Source: Nitrospirota bacterium
GTDB taxonomy: Bacteria; Nitrospirota; UBA9217
Direction of reading: 5' to 3'
Length of the DNA: 64,000 nucleotides
Assembly: GCA_963796285.1 (NCBI GenBank)
Contig: CAWCKW010000012.1
Location: 1,472,001 to 1,536,000, forward strand
The notes under the pieces were generated by a model. It did not search any database and was not told the origin of the DNA. It worked only from the letters and a program-made list of their open reading frames with translations. A program made the translations under genes and the position numbers. Below, piece by piece: positions 10,292 to 19,865 of the stretch (positions within the stretch are counted from its first letter, which is position 1; the number at the start of each line of letters is the position of its first letter).

Positions 10292-11815
10292 TCACAGATC
10301 CGGATTTTCTGCCATAACTACATTGCATGCTGCACACACCAAACTAAGAGGGAACCAGAACATCCTTGCAGCATAGGAATAGAAATCGTAATCTATGAGA
10401 CCATGAACACCCACTTCCGCAACAAATGCCACCACCGTTGCCAAGAAAATGTAGTAACTCGGTGTTCTCTTTGCGTGATTTAAATACCGTGTAAAATTGA
10501 TAAACAGCAGTATTGCCAATAGTATAAAAATAAGAGCGCCCATGAGACCAAGATCGAAAAAGAACGACAGGGGGACGCTATGGGTATAAATAGCTCCTGC
10601 ATAGGTGATAAAACCTCCCACGCCCAGCCCCAGAATTAGTTTATACGGGTGATTGAGCATCTCCTTAAAAGCCTTCTTCCACCATTTTACTCTCGAGGAC
10701 AATCCCCCCGTATCTGTCGACGTACTCGTCGTGCTCGATATGTTTTTTGTGTCAGTGAAATACAGCTCCCCCGTGTACCCAAAACCTACGAGGATCCTGT
10801 CGATATAGGCAGGTTTTGCTATAAGGATCGTGATGATGAGCAACAAAATTGTGAGAAAGGAATGCTTCAACATTTTATTCTTGCTGGCTGGATGTATGCT
10901 GAAGAGCAGGACGAGACCGGCGATAAATCCAATTAATGAGCCCCTGGAGGAGGTCTCTATCATTGCCACAGTCTGATATATCATAAGAAGAAACAGCAAA
11001 GTTTTTCTTGCTGGTCCTTTGGAAGTCATGAAAATGCCCATGGTTATAAAAATACTCGACACCAGAAGACCGCCTTCAAAGTCAGGGCCGCCTAACCCGG
11101 CGAGCCTGCTGGACATCTTCCCAAAATTCATGTCAAGAGAGAGGTGTGTCGATAGCCAGACGGAATAGGTATATGAATACCAATTTGATAAAATGACTCC
11201 CGTGGCGGTGATAAAGCCCATCCCGGTCCAGGCGATCGCTGCTCTCCGCAAAGCCACTGCATCAATAATCACAGCTCGCGTGAGAAAAAAAGCCGAAAAA
11301 TTCAATATGAGCGAAAGAGCCAGATAAAAGGCGAGGTCAAAATGCGGTGCCCACAAAAGACTGATCACCATATATGCTGCCATGAAAAGCAAAAGACCGC
11401 CGATCGGCATGGTCTTGCCGTATTCTTCACTGTTCCACGTTCTCGATACAAGCCATACAACGAGGATCATACACAGGAGGAGGGCATAAGGAAAGATCCA
11501 CACCTGATATCCGGAAATATTCTCGCCCACGCCAAGAGTGAGATGTGTCCTGTCGATAGGTAAAATCAGTATCATGAGATAATAGCCATATCGATAATTT
11601 CTGAATAACACGATGATGAACAGGAATAGAGCCAGCGATGTCCAAAAGAGATAGCCAGGCATGGCGAGATAACTCAGGCCCAATAAAATACCGGCCGTCC
11701 AGCTTAGAATAAGCGGCAAATTAAATAAGGCACTACCCAGCCTGGGTTTGTCCTGCAGATGAAAAAACATAAGTTTTCCGATTAATTCACAGTTGTCAAC
11801 GGCATGGCCGAACAC
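10292..11815 (-). CDS. O-antigen ligase/polymerase family protein (Wzy-like)
   Basis: Multi-pass membrane protein with TSSRGSL, SSRVKWW, ILGLGVGGF and THS...DLGLMG motifs. Start codon uncertain. Confidence 0.82.
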   Translation of the reverse strand: MFGHAVDNCELIGKLMFFHLQDKPRLGSALFNLPLILSWTAGILLGLSYLAMPGYLFWTSLALFLFIIVLFRNYRYGYYLMILILPIDRTHLTLGVGENISGYQVWIFPYALLLCMILVVWLVSRTWNSEEYGKTMPIGGLLLFMAAYMVISLLWAPHFDLAFYLALSLILNFSAFFLTRAVIIDAVALRRAAIAWTGMGFITATGVILSNWYSYTYSVWLSTHLSLDMNFGKMSSRLAGLGGPDFEGGLLVSSIFITMGIFMTSKGPARKTLLFLLMIYQTVAMIETSSRGSLIGFIAGLVLLFSIHPASKNKMLKHSFLTILLLIITILIAKPAYIDRILVGFGYTGELYFTDTKNISSTTSTSTDTGGLSSRVKWWKKAFKEMLNHPYKLILGLGVGGFITYAGAIYTHSVPLSFFFDLGLMGALIFILLAILLFINFTRYLNHAKRTPSYYIFLATVVAFVAEVGVHGLIDYDFYSYAARMFWFPLSLVCAACNVVMAENPDL

Positions 11816-11907
11816 ATTGTTTAGCCACTCTTACTCGTCTTCCGGTTAAGCCCGGCAAACTGCCTGCGTCTCTTTGGATCTGTACGTCGTTCATCAAAGG
11901 GGCCCGT

Positions 11908-13968
11908 CTATGCGCGGTAATATTTATAGTAGTACAAATGGGATCCTTCACGACCTGCCACCTTGTTCAGGACGACCCCCACCGAATTAATATTTGCTTT
12001 TTGAAGTGCTTCCTCCGTATCCAAATATAGCTGCCTGGTTGTCCTTCCACTCTCGACAACAACAATCGCGCCGTCTGACGCGCTGCCCAGGATAAGCGCA
12101 TCGGCCGCAGCGAAAACAGGCGGGCTATCCACGATAACAAGGTCGTAGACGTTCTTCATGTCTTCCAACAATTCGTGCATCTTCCTGGATTCGACCAATT
12201 TAGCGGGGTCCAGCGGAACAGGGCCTGTCGTAATGACGCTCAATCCCTCTATGCGGGTCTGCCGCAGAATGCTTTGGAGCGATGCGTCTCCGACCAGGTA
12301 GCTGGTAAGACCCGTTCCATTATCCAGGCCAAACAACGAGTGCATGCTCGGCCTTCTCATGTCACCATCGATTATCAGCACTCTTTTCCCTTCGTTGACC
12401 GACGATATCGCGATATTGGAAACTATAAAACTTCTTCCTTCACCCTGAATGGAACTCGTCACAAGAAGGATTTTCACGGGCCTGTCCAGAGTTGCAAATC
12501 GTATATTGTTGCGGATGGTCCTGAATATTTCTCGCAGAGGTGATCTCGGGTCCATTTCATCGATCAGGCGCGGTTCCTTTTTTCGTAATTTAACAATCCT
12601 GCCGAGAAAGGTCACGGCCTTGTCCGATTTAAGGTCATCTGCGGTCTTTATCGTGTTATCCATATATTCAACGAGGAGGCCCGCACCAATTCCAAATACC
12701 ATGCCCAAGCAAACAGCGATGAGGGAGTTAAGCCCGACCCTCGGGTTCTTATGCCTTGAATCATCTATCTCGGGAGTCTTAGCGGTTTCGACAATATATA
12801 TATTTGCAAGGGCGGCCGATTCCGCTATCCCCACCTGATATTTGTAATTGAGGAGCGAGTTATATAAATTCTGGGTAACGGTTACGGTAAGACTAAGCTG
12901 GGCATACTCATAACTCTTTTCAGGTAAATTCATCAATATTTTATCATCAAGACTGACGATATCCCTGGATAATGCGCTATCCCCTGTATTGTGTTCAGTG
13001 AGTCCATCCACGTTCACGGCCTTACTGGCAAGATCTCTTACTGCCGGGTCAGCGTTTACCGTTGCTGAACCAAAGATCGTATCAATCTTGTGTTGGATCA
13101 TTTTTTTTGTCTGCTCGATCTTGTTTTGAATATCAATGACCGCAGGATGGTTTGGACTAAATTTTGTCTTTGTTTCCGCCAATGAAAGGTAAAGATCTCT
13201 CTGGGCAATTTTGAGATCAGAAATCTCTTTTATTGCTTCGGCTACCTCCTGATCAAGGTTCACGGTCTTATTTCTCTTTTTGTACTCCTTTAACGCCCGC
13301 AGAGCTTGAACATATTCGTTCCTGTAGGTCTTGATGTTATTCTGGAGATATTCCTTTGCGCCTTTGAAATCCTGACTGACCCTCTTGACTTCATTCTCTA
13401 CAAATGCTTTTGCCATGGCGTTGGAAATGCTGCTCGCTTGCTGGGGGTCCGTGGCTATCGCCTCAAAGGTAATAATATCCGTCGTTTCATACTGCTCTAC
13501 ACCCACATACGGCCTTGGAAATATAAACGAGACCAACGATCTCTTTACCAGGTCCTCTGCCTTCACGACCTGCACCGTATCTTCGACATGTACTCCGAAA
13601 AACCTGAATATCGGTTTTAAAAAAGGGAGCTTTCTCATCAAAACTGCACGTATCCGCTCCCGCGTTACATGCTCCTTTTCGATAACCTTATCCACAACAG
13701 GGCTGACCACGGCAAGGGCAAGATAGTCCGCCCTGTCTGTGTCAGAATACGATAATGATGCAGAAGTAGCACTGACGCCTTGCATCCCGAGACCTGCAAG
13801 AAGGGTGGAAGAGGCGGTCGATCTTTGAAGAAATATCTTTGCGGTCGCATCATACCAGGGTTGTATGAGCAAGGAACCGACAACTATTGTCAAAAATATT
13901 GCCAGAAACGTATTTATGATTATCCATTTCCGTCTCCTTAATATCTCAAGAATCTGTCTGAGTTCCAT
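11908..13968 (-). CDS. wzc: Polysaccharide co-polymerase / BY-kinase (Wzc/GumC family)
   Basis: Wzz N-terminus, two TM helices, coiled coil, Walker A-like QGEGRS, IIDGDMRRP, IVDSPP, C-terminal Tyr cluster YYYKYY. Confidence 0.92.
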   Translation of the reverse strand: MELRQILEILRRRKWIIINTFLAIFLTIVVGSLLIQPWYDATAKIFLQRSTASSTLLAGLGMQGVSATSASLSYSDTDRADYLALAVVSPVVDKVIEKEHVTRERIRAVLMRKLPFLKPIFRFFGVHVEDTVQVVKAEDLVKRSLVSFIFPRPYVGVEQYETTDIITFEAIATDPQQASSISNAMAKAFVENEVKRVSQDFKGAKEYLQNNIKTYRNEYVQALRALKEYKKRNKTVNLDQEVAEAIKEISDLKIAQRDLYLSLAETKTKFSPNHPAVIDIQNKIEQTKKMIQHKIDTIFGSATVNADPAVRDLASKAVNVDGLTEHNTGDSALSRDIVSLDDKILMNLPEKSYEYAQLSLTVTVTQNLYNSLLNYKYQVGIAESAALANIYIVETAKTPEIDDSRHKNPRVGLNSLIAVCLGMVFGIGAGLLVEYMDNTIKTADDLKSDKAVTFLGRIVKLRKKEPRLIDEMDPRSPLREIFRTIRNNIRFATLDRPVKILLVTSSIQGEGRSFIVSNIAISSVNEGKRVLIIDGDMRRPSMHSLFGLDNGTGLTSYLVGDASLQSILRQTRIEGLSVITTGPVPLDPAKLVESRKMHELLEDMKNVYDLVIVDSPPVFAAADALILGSASDGAIVVVESGRTTRQLYLDTEEALQKANINSVGVVLNKVAGREGSHLYYYKYYRA

Positions 13969-14135
13969 GATTTATGCACCTTTCAATTAATGATGAATAA
14001 TATCGTGACGGGAATAGCATCATTGCAGGTGAAACAACGCCATCTTCCTGTCTCTTGTCGTTTCTGAAGAAAAACAATCGCGGAACTCTTCAGCATGATA
14101 AAGTGAAAGAAGACTTTTTACACCAACAGGTATCG

Positions 14136-14909
14136 TTACTTTGCAGGTAGCGAAACGGATGTTGATGATGCCTTGCCATTTAATACGTTTATCGCCTGCT
14201 TAGAAAGTACGATACCAGCCTCGGTCAACACGATCGGGCTGAGAATATTCCCTATATACGTCATAAAACGCGCTATATCTGCAATTTTCTTCGTAGGGAC
14301 ATAGACGACATCGTTCCTTTGGAGCGGCTTGTTCTGTGAGAAACTGCCCCCCGCTAAAGCCGTATCCATATCAAGGGATTGTGTTTCAACTTTTCCTGAA
14401 ACGTTTCTCAGGAGGATAACATTGCTCATTTTAGCATCCGTAGTCCATCCGCCGGCCTTGGCTACCGCATCCATGATGGTCAATTCCGTATCAAGCATGT
14501 AAACGCCCGGGGTCCTTACTTCGCCCAGCACAACGATCTTACTACTTTGAATAGTCGTTACTGAAATCGTAATCTGCGGATCCACCAAATACTTCGAGAA
14601 GCGCACTTTCAGCTCCTCCCGAAATGCGGAAATACTCTTTCCGGCGGCCTGGACCTCACCGATCAGAGGGAACATGATCGTACCCGAAGGACTTATCTTC
14701 GTCGATGTTTTCAGGTCGTCGTTCCTGTAAACGGAAATATCAAGCGAATCGCCTATGCCAAGGATATACTCAGACACCTTGGGCTGGGCCTGCGCTTGCA
14801 CATCGTCAGCAGGGATGTCCGAGACCTTTACGCCTGTTGAAGCACACCCGACAAACAGGAGCGGAACTATTAACAAAACAACGATGAAACCGTTTATCAT
14901 CCTGAACAT
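14136..14909 (-). CDS. wza: Polysaccharide export lipoprotein (Wza/OPX family)
   Basis: Lipobox FVGC, Poly_export domain (YILGIGD..., GTIMFPLIGEV) and SLBB domain. Start placed at ATG 14909; the ORF extends to 14987. Confidence 0.9.
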   Translation of the reverse strand: MFRMINGFIVVLLIVPLLFVGCASTGVKVSDIPADDVQAQAQPKVSEYILGIGDSLDISVYRNDDLKTSTKISPSGTIMFPLIGEVQAAGKSISAFREELKVRFSKYLVDPQITISVTTIQSSKIVVLGEVRTPGVYMLDTELTIMDAVAKAGGWTTDAKMSNVILLRNVSGKVETQSLDMDTALAGGSFSQNKPLQRNDVVYVPTKKIADIARFMTYIGNILSPIVLTEAGIVLSKQAINVLNGKASSTSVSLPAK

Positions 14910-14997
14910 TGTATGAGATCTCCTTTTAAAAAAGCCCGGCAACCCAGACAGAAGAACATCATGCCGATTTCCGGGTGCGGGCCGCACTGTTACCTGT

Positions 14998-16158
14998 TCA
15001 ACGCATGTCGATCAGGATCTTGGCATCAGTCCTGTTCGCCGATAAAGCAAAGCCTTCCAATATCCTGTCAAAGGGGAAAACGGAAGTCACCATTTCTCTC
15101 ACCGCGTTAAGCCTTCCCCCCTGCAGCAGGCGGATGATTTCGTGGTAGATTCCATAGCCGGAATGCCCCCTCGCTCCTATGATGGAATGAGCGCCGGAAA
15201 CAATGCGGTTCAGATCCACATGCACTGATGCGTCTACTCTTCCCAAATAAATTATCTTGCCCTGTTTCGCGCAGAGTTTTTGCAGAAGAGGGATTGTCTT
15301 ATGGGCGGCGCCTGCCGCTTCCACCTGGATATCGGCTCCCCATCCCGACGTTATTTCCATGATTACTTCTTCCAGCGTATCTTCGTTGTCAAAATTGAAA
15401 ACATGGTCCGCGCCTAATTCCTTCGCGATCCTGAGTCGTTCATCGACCACATCAACGACAATGATCTTTGCTGCGCCGGCGATCTTTAAGAGGAGGACTG
15501 CACCCAGTCCTATCGGACCCGCACCATAAACGATAGCGTTTGAGCCTGGTAAAAATCCACCGCCAGCGATAAAAATACCGTTATATGCACAACCGATGGG
15601 CTCAATCAGGGTGCCAACCTTGAATATATCATCCCGCTCGAACTGCTCTTCGAGGCTGTCAAGCTTCCAGCAATATTTCGCCTTGATGGATATAAAATCG
15701 GCAAACGCGCCGTTTGAAGTAAGCCCCATTAATTCCACCTGTTCGCATTGATTCAACATCCCGCTTCGACAGGGACGGCATTTCCCACACCACATGATGC
15801 TTTCGCTCGTGATAATGTCTCTCTTTTTAAAACCCAGGACATCCCTTCCAACCTCCACTACCTCTCCGGACAACTCATGTCCGAGAATGCAGGGCAGTTT
15901 CGCCGGGCCGGAAAATATAATATAGCCATCACGATCCATCTCATGGGTATGAGTATCTGAGCCGCAGATGCCGCAGTACATTACCCGTACAAGCACTTCA
16001 TCATCGCGCATAACGGGTGTCGGCACATTTTGTATTGCTATACGGGGGTGCTGCCACACCTGGCTTCCAACAATGGCCGACCTGCTCGTGCTCTCATGAG
16101 CCGTGAGAGGATAGCCTTTCCGCGGATTCCACACAGCCTCAGCGACAAGCGCTTTCAT
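14998..16158 (-). CDS. Zn-dependent alcohol dehydrogenase resembling scyllo-inosose 3-dehydrogenase (IolM-like)
   Basis: CGICGSD, GHE, CxxCxxC...C and GAGPIG motifs; the N-terminal extension (W.P+.....GSQVW..P) and DGYI match my recollection of Thermotoga IolM. Confidence 0.8.
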   Translation of the reverse strand: MKALVAEAVWNPRKGYPLTAHESTSRSAIVGSQVWQHPRIAIQNVPTPVMRDDEVLVRVMYCGICGSDTHTHEMDRDGYIIFSGPAKLPCILGHELSGEVVEVGRDVLGFKKRDIITSESIMWCGKCRPCRSGMLNQCEQVELMGLTSNGAFADFISIKAKYCWKLDSLEEQFERDDIFKVGTLIEPIGCAYNGIFIAGGGFLPGSNAIVYGAGPIGLGAVLLLKIAGAAKIIVVDVVDERLRIAKELGADHVFNFDNEDTLEEVIMEITSGWGADIQVEAAGAAHKTIPLLQKLCAKQGKIIYLGRVDASVHVDLNRIVSGAHSIIGARGHSGYGIYHEIIRLLQGGRLNAVREMVTSVFPFDRILEGFALSANRTDAKILIDMR

Positions 16159-17660
16159 ACATGCTCCAGCTGCAAGGCTTTTTTGTTGATCTTTCCGCTC
16201 CCGGTCTTGGGAAGGGATTCACGTATCTCCACGATCCGCGGCAGTTTATAGTGTGCGAGCCGCTCCCGGCAGAACACGAAGACCTCTTTTTCTGTCAATC
16301 GGGTCCCCTTTTTCGGAACAATGATTGCCTTGGGGATTTCGCCCCGCAGCCGTTCTTTGGCGCTAATGACGGCCGCTTCTTGTATCTGCGGATGGTCTAG
16401 GAGCACCTGCTCGATCTCGAGGGGAAACACCTTGTGCCCGGCCACTTTCATCATGCCGCGCTTTCTTTCGACAAAAAAGAAGTTTCCCTGCCGGTCCTGC
16501 CTCCCGAGGTCGCCGCTGTAGTACCAACCGTCACGGAAACACGCGGCAGTGTCTGCCTCATCCTCATAGTAACTCTGAACAACAGCAGGTCCTTTAAAAA
16601 CCATTTCACCTATTTCACCAAGCGGAAGTTCTTCCCCGCCGTCACCGACAATCTTGACCTCATAGGAAGGGCAGGGCCGCCCTGCCGAACAAGGGACCAC
16701 GTCCCGGCCCGGGCGGTTGGCGAGAGCTATTCCCGTCGTCTCCGTACTGCCCCAGACGGGGATGATAGGAACACCCAGTTTCTTCTGGAACCGTTCAATG
16801 AGGTCCAGCCGCGTGAACATGCCGCCGCTCTCCGGAATTCTCAGTGAACTAAGGTCATACGGTTTATGCTCAAGCACCTCCAGCAGGTTCTCATACATCG
16901 GAGCCAGTCCCATCATGCAGGTTACACGGTTGTCCGTAATGGCCTTTGCCAGGGATTTCGGATAGATATTTTCCAGAAGCACGAACGTTCCACCCAGATA
17001 CAGCGGCCGGGCGAAGAGTTCATGGGGATGGGCAAAAGGCGCGAACATGCATAGATGCACGTCTTCCGGCATCAGGCCGAGGGCCTCAACGGAAGCGACG
17101 GTGTTCCAGTAAATGTGAGAATGCGTCGTAACGGCCCCTTTTGAGTTCCCCGAAGAGCCCGAGGTATAATTTAGATACACGACGTCACCGACCTTGTTCT
17201 CGAGTGCAGGATCATCCGGAGTGCCCAGCTCCATCACGTCATTCCATGAAGCCCATCCATTGGCGGGATTCCCCGTAGTAATAACGGATGTCCGACGGTT
17301 CGGCGTTAATACTGTTCTCACCTGTTCTGAGAACTGTTCGGCAACAATGAGGAACCGGGGCAGAGTCCGATCGAGAACTGCCTGGATCCCCTCAGCGGCA
17401 AGTTCAAAATTGATGGGGACGGCAATCCCTCCCGCTTTGGCAACAGCAAGAAATCCGATAACCAGTTCGGGGATTCTCGGCAGCATCAAGCCGATACGAT
17501 CTCCCTTGTTCATACCAAGGTGCATCAGGCCGGTTGCCATCCGGTTCACGGTCTCGTTGAACTGCCGGTATGTCAGTTTCCTGTCGTGAAAAACGATGGC
17601 AGTCTTTTCCGGAAATGCCTTCGCATTGCGTTCCAGTAATTTTCCTAGAGTCATTCCCAT
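16155..17660 (-). CDS. AMP-dependent acyl-CoA synthetase/ligase (long-chain fatty acid-CoA ligase-like)
   Basis: YTSGSSGNSKG, WGSTET, GWYYSGDLG, LPKTGSGKI. Confidence 0.92.
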   Translation of the reverse strand: MGMTLGKLLERNAKAFPEKTAIVFHDRKLTYRQFNETVNRMATGLMHLGMNKGDRIGLMLPRIPELVIGFLAVAKAGGIAVPINFELAAEGIQAVLDRTLPRFLIVAEQFSEQVRTVLTPNRRTSVITTGNPANGWASWNDVMELGTPDDPALENKVGDVVYLNYTSGSSGNSKGAVTTHSHIYWNTVASVEALGLMPEDVHLCMFAPFAHPHELFARPLYLGGTFVLLENIYPKSLAKAITDNRVTCMMGLAPMYENLLEVLEHKPYDLSSLRIPESGGMFTRLDLIERFQKKLGVPIIPVWGSTETTGIALANRPGRDVVPCSAGRPCPSYEVKIVGDGGEELPLGEIGEMVFKGPAVVQSYYEDEADTAACFRDGWYYSGDLGRQDRQGNFFFVERKRGMMKVAGHKVFPLEIEQVLLDHPQIQEAAVISAKERLRGEIPKAIIVPKKGTRLTEKEVFVFCRERLAHYKLPRIVEIRESLPKTGSGKINKKALQLEHV

Positions 17661-18104
17661 AATCTATTTTACGAAGTCATCCTCTCGCAGTTCACCAAAC
17701 GACTGTAATCGCATTGCAGAACACGTCCCCGTGAGATAAAGCAACAAATTATTATAAGACACCCATGCTTCTCCGCGCCTATCGTCATCGACACTATTAG
17801 GCGATGGAAGCTCCTGCCTTGATCTTTTTTGCCCATTGTTTTTTCGGGCGGAGAAGGCAAGCGGTGATCGAAAAATTGAAAAAATCATTAACGAGTTGAT
17901 GGCACTCGGATTTTTAACCTTCGTTCCCCCGCTAACGCCCCCCGGTCCAATGTGAAAAGATATTCTCACCGTGATCTATGTCGAGGAAAGTAGTAGATAT
18001 TACAGTTTATGATAGGTTGAGTCAAGTGCATACGACAGAAGCAGATGTCACTATTGACGCAGCGTTCACTGCCCGCGAACTCCCCGAACTTATCACCATT
18101 CGCG

Positions 18105-19865
18105 CTAATAGGCCCCCACCTTGTTAAGCACGACCTTGACCGTTCTGAACAATATTTTCAGATCTAGCCACAGAGACTGATTCATCACATAGTGGACATC
18201 ATGCCGGATCCAGTCATGGAAGTGCCCCTCGCTCCGTCCGCTCACTTGCCACAACCCTGTCATCCCCGGCTTCACCCGCAGCCTGATCTCACGCCAGCTC
18301 GGGCTGCACTTCATCTCATCCATGACAAGGGGCCGCGGACCCACCAGGCTCATCTCGCCGATAAGTACATTGATGAGCTGCGGGAGTTCGTCGAGACTGG
18401 TCCGCCGCAGAAATGCCCCGACTCGAGTGGTCCGCGGATCGGCAGCGAGCTTGAACATGGGGCCATCGATATCTTTGCGCGGTGCCAATGTATCTTGCTG
18501 GCTCTCCGCACCCTGGACCATGGTCCTGAACTTGAGCATTCTGAAATCGTACCCGCCTTTACCGCATCGTTTCTGCCGGAATAAAACAGGGCCTGGCGAA
18601 TCCAGTTTGACAGCCAACGCTATAATAAGGAGAACCGGCAGCATTGTTACAAAACCGACAGCAGAAATCGTTATGTCCATGAGCCTCTTCAGGAACAGAT
18701 ACCAGGGGCGTTTCTGGCCAAGCAATAGAGACGGGTTCAGCGAAGTTATCCCGTAAAACACATGGTCCGAGGCCATGAGACTGGCATCTTCAGCCTCGGC
18801 CTCGTCAACAATAACGGTACTGGAAAAGGACTCCCCTGAAGTGACGCGCAGCCCTTCCACGATGATGCTGAATTGTGCCCGTGAGCCGCTTTCCATTACC
18901 ACCTCGTCCCAGAGAATGCTTTCTCTCACGACCGCCCCTGTCTCTATTGCGCATCGCTGGCCGATAACAGCGGGACCGATTATCTGCGTATTGGGCTCGA
19001 TAGAGCTGTTGCTGCCGATGACAACAGGGCCGATCAAATAAGCCGCCGGCGATATCGTTACATTTTCCCCGACCCATATCCCGTCGGCGATCATCGTCAT
19101 ATCTTCGTGAAAAACATGTTCAGGATGTTTAAGAAGAAGTGTGCGTTGCAGATCAAAATAATTTTTCACCGTATGAAGCGCCTTGCAGAATTGCTTCGTT
19201 TCATAGGCATACACAGGGAGAGAGGCCTGACGCAGGGCTGGCACAAGCTGCTCTTTAATATCAAAATATGACCGGGCGCCGATATAGTCAAGTGCACGGG
19301 GGCTGAAAACATACACGCCGATGGTTTCAATGGAGGAACGCCGTCGGGATGGATGAATGCGCATAATATCTTCAACCATGCCGTCATCAGAACAGCGGAT
19401 CCCTTCGAGTGAGATCTGCCGCGTCCGTTGGACCGCAATGGTGAGGATGGATTTCTTCTTGACATGAAAGTCCATGAAGGCATCGAGATCGATGTCCCCC
19501 AGAAAGCAACTGCCGCTGACCACCAGAAAGGGTTCATCTCCGATCTGTTCCCGAAGGTCCAGGAGAATTCCTGCCGCACCTCGCGGCAGATCATCTTCAA
19601 CATACTGCACCCGGGGAAAGGTGATCGTGTTATTGGAGAAATAATTATTACAAAAAGGACTGTAGTCGCCCCGGGAGCCCGCGATGACGATGTCCGTCAT
19701 TCCGCCTTTTTGCAAGCGCGAGATCGTGTGCTCGATAAGCGGCCTGTTGAGGATCGGAACCATGGCCGCAGGTCTGTATTTCGTCAGGGGAGTTAACGAT
19801 GTACCCTGTCCGCCGATAAGCAAAACCGCTTTAGTGACCCTTATTCCTGTTCCGACTGAGACCAT
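18105..19865 (-). CDS. Fusion: NDP-sugar pyrophosphorylase-like domain + hexapeptide repeats + bacterial sugar transferase (priming phosphoglycosyltransferase)
   Basis: N-terminal GGQGTSLTPLT and a left-handed beta-helix; C-terminal KRLMDI, KFRTM, DPRTTRVG, SLDELPQL.NVL.GEMSLVGPRP. Confidence 0.9.
   Translation of the reverse strand: MVSVGTGIRVTKAVLLIGGQGTSLTPLTKYRPAAMVPILNRPLIEHTISRLQKGGMTDIVIAGSRGDYSPFCNNYFSNNTITFPRVQYVEDDLPRGAAGILLDLREQIGDEPFLVVSGSCFLGDIDLDAFMDFHVKKKSILTIAVQRTRQISLEGIRCSDDGMVEDIMRIHPSRRRSSIETIGVYVFSPRALDYIGARSYFDIKEQLVPALRQASLPVYAYETKQFCKALHTVKNYFDLQRTLLLKHPEHVFHEDMTMIADGIWVGENVTISPAAYLIGPVVIGSNSSIEPNTQIIGPAVIGQRCAIETGAVVRESILWDEVVMESGSRAQFSIIVEGLRVTSGESFSSTVIVDEAEAEDASLMASDHVFYGITSLNPSLLLGQKRPWYLFLKRLMDITISAVGFVTMLPVLLIIALAVKLDSPGPVLFRQKRCGKGGYDFRMLKFRTMVQGAESQQDTLAPRKDIDGPMFKLAADPRTTRVGAFLRRTSLDELPQLINVLIGEMSLVGPRPLVMDEMKCSPSWREIRLRVKPGMTGLWQVSGRSEGHFHDWIRHDVHYVMNQSLWLDLKILFRTVKVVLNKVGAY

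Noticed and set aside
17664-17969. Short ORFs between the sugar transferase and the acyl-CoA ligase as a possible acyl carrier protein
   Set aside because: No acidic ACP character or DSL motif, and no clear RBS.
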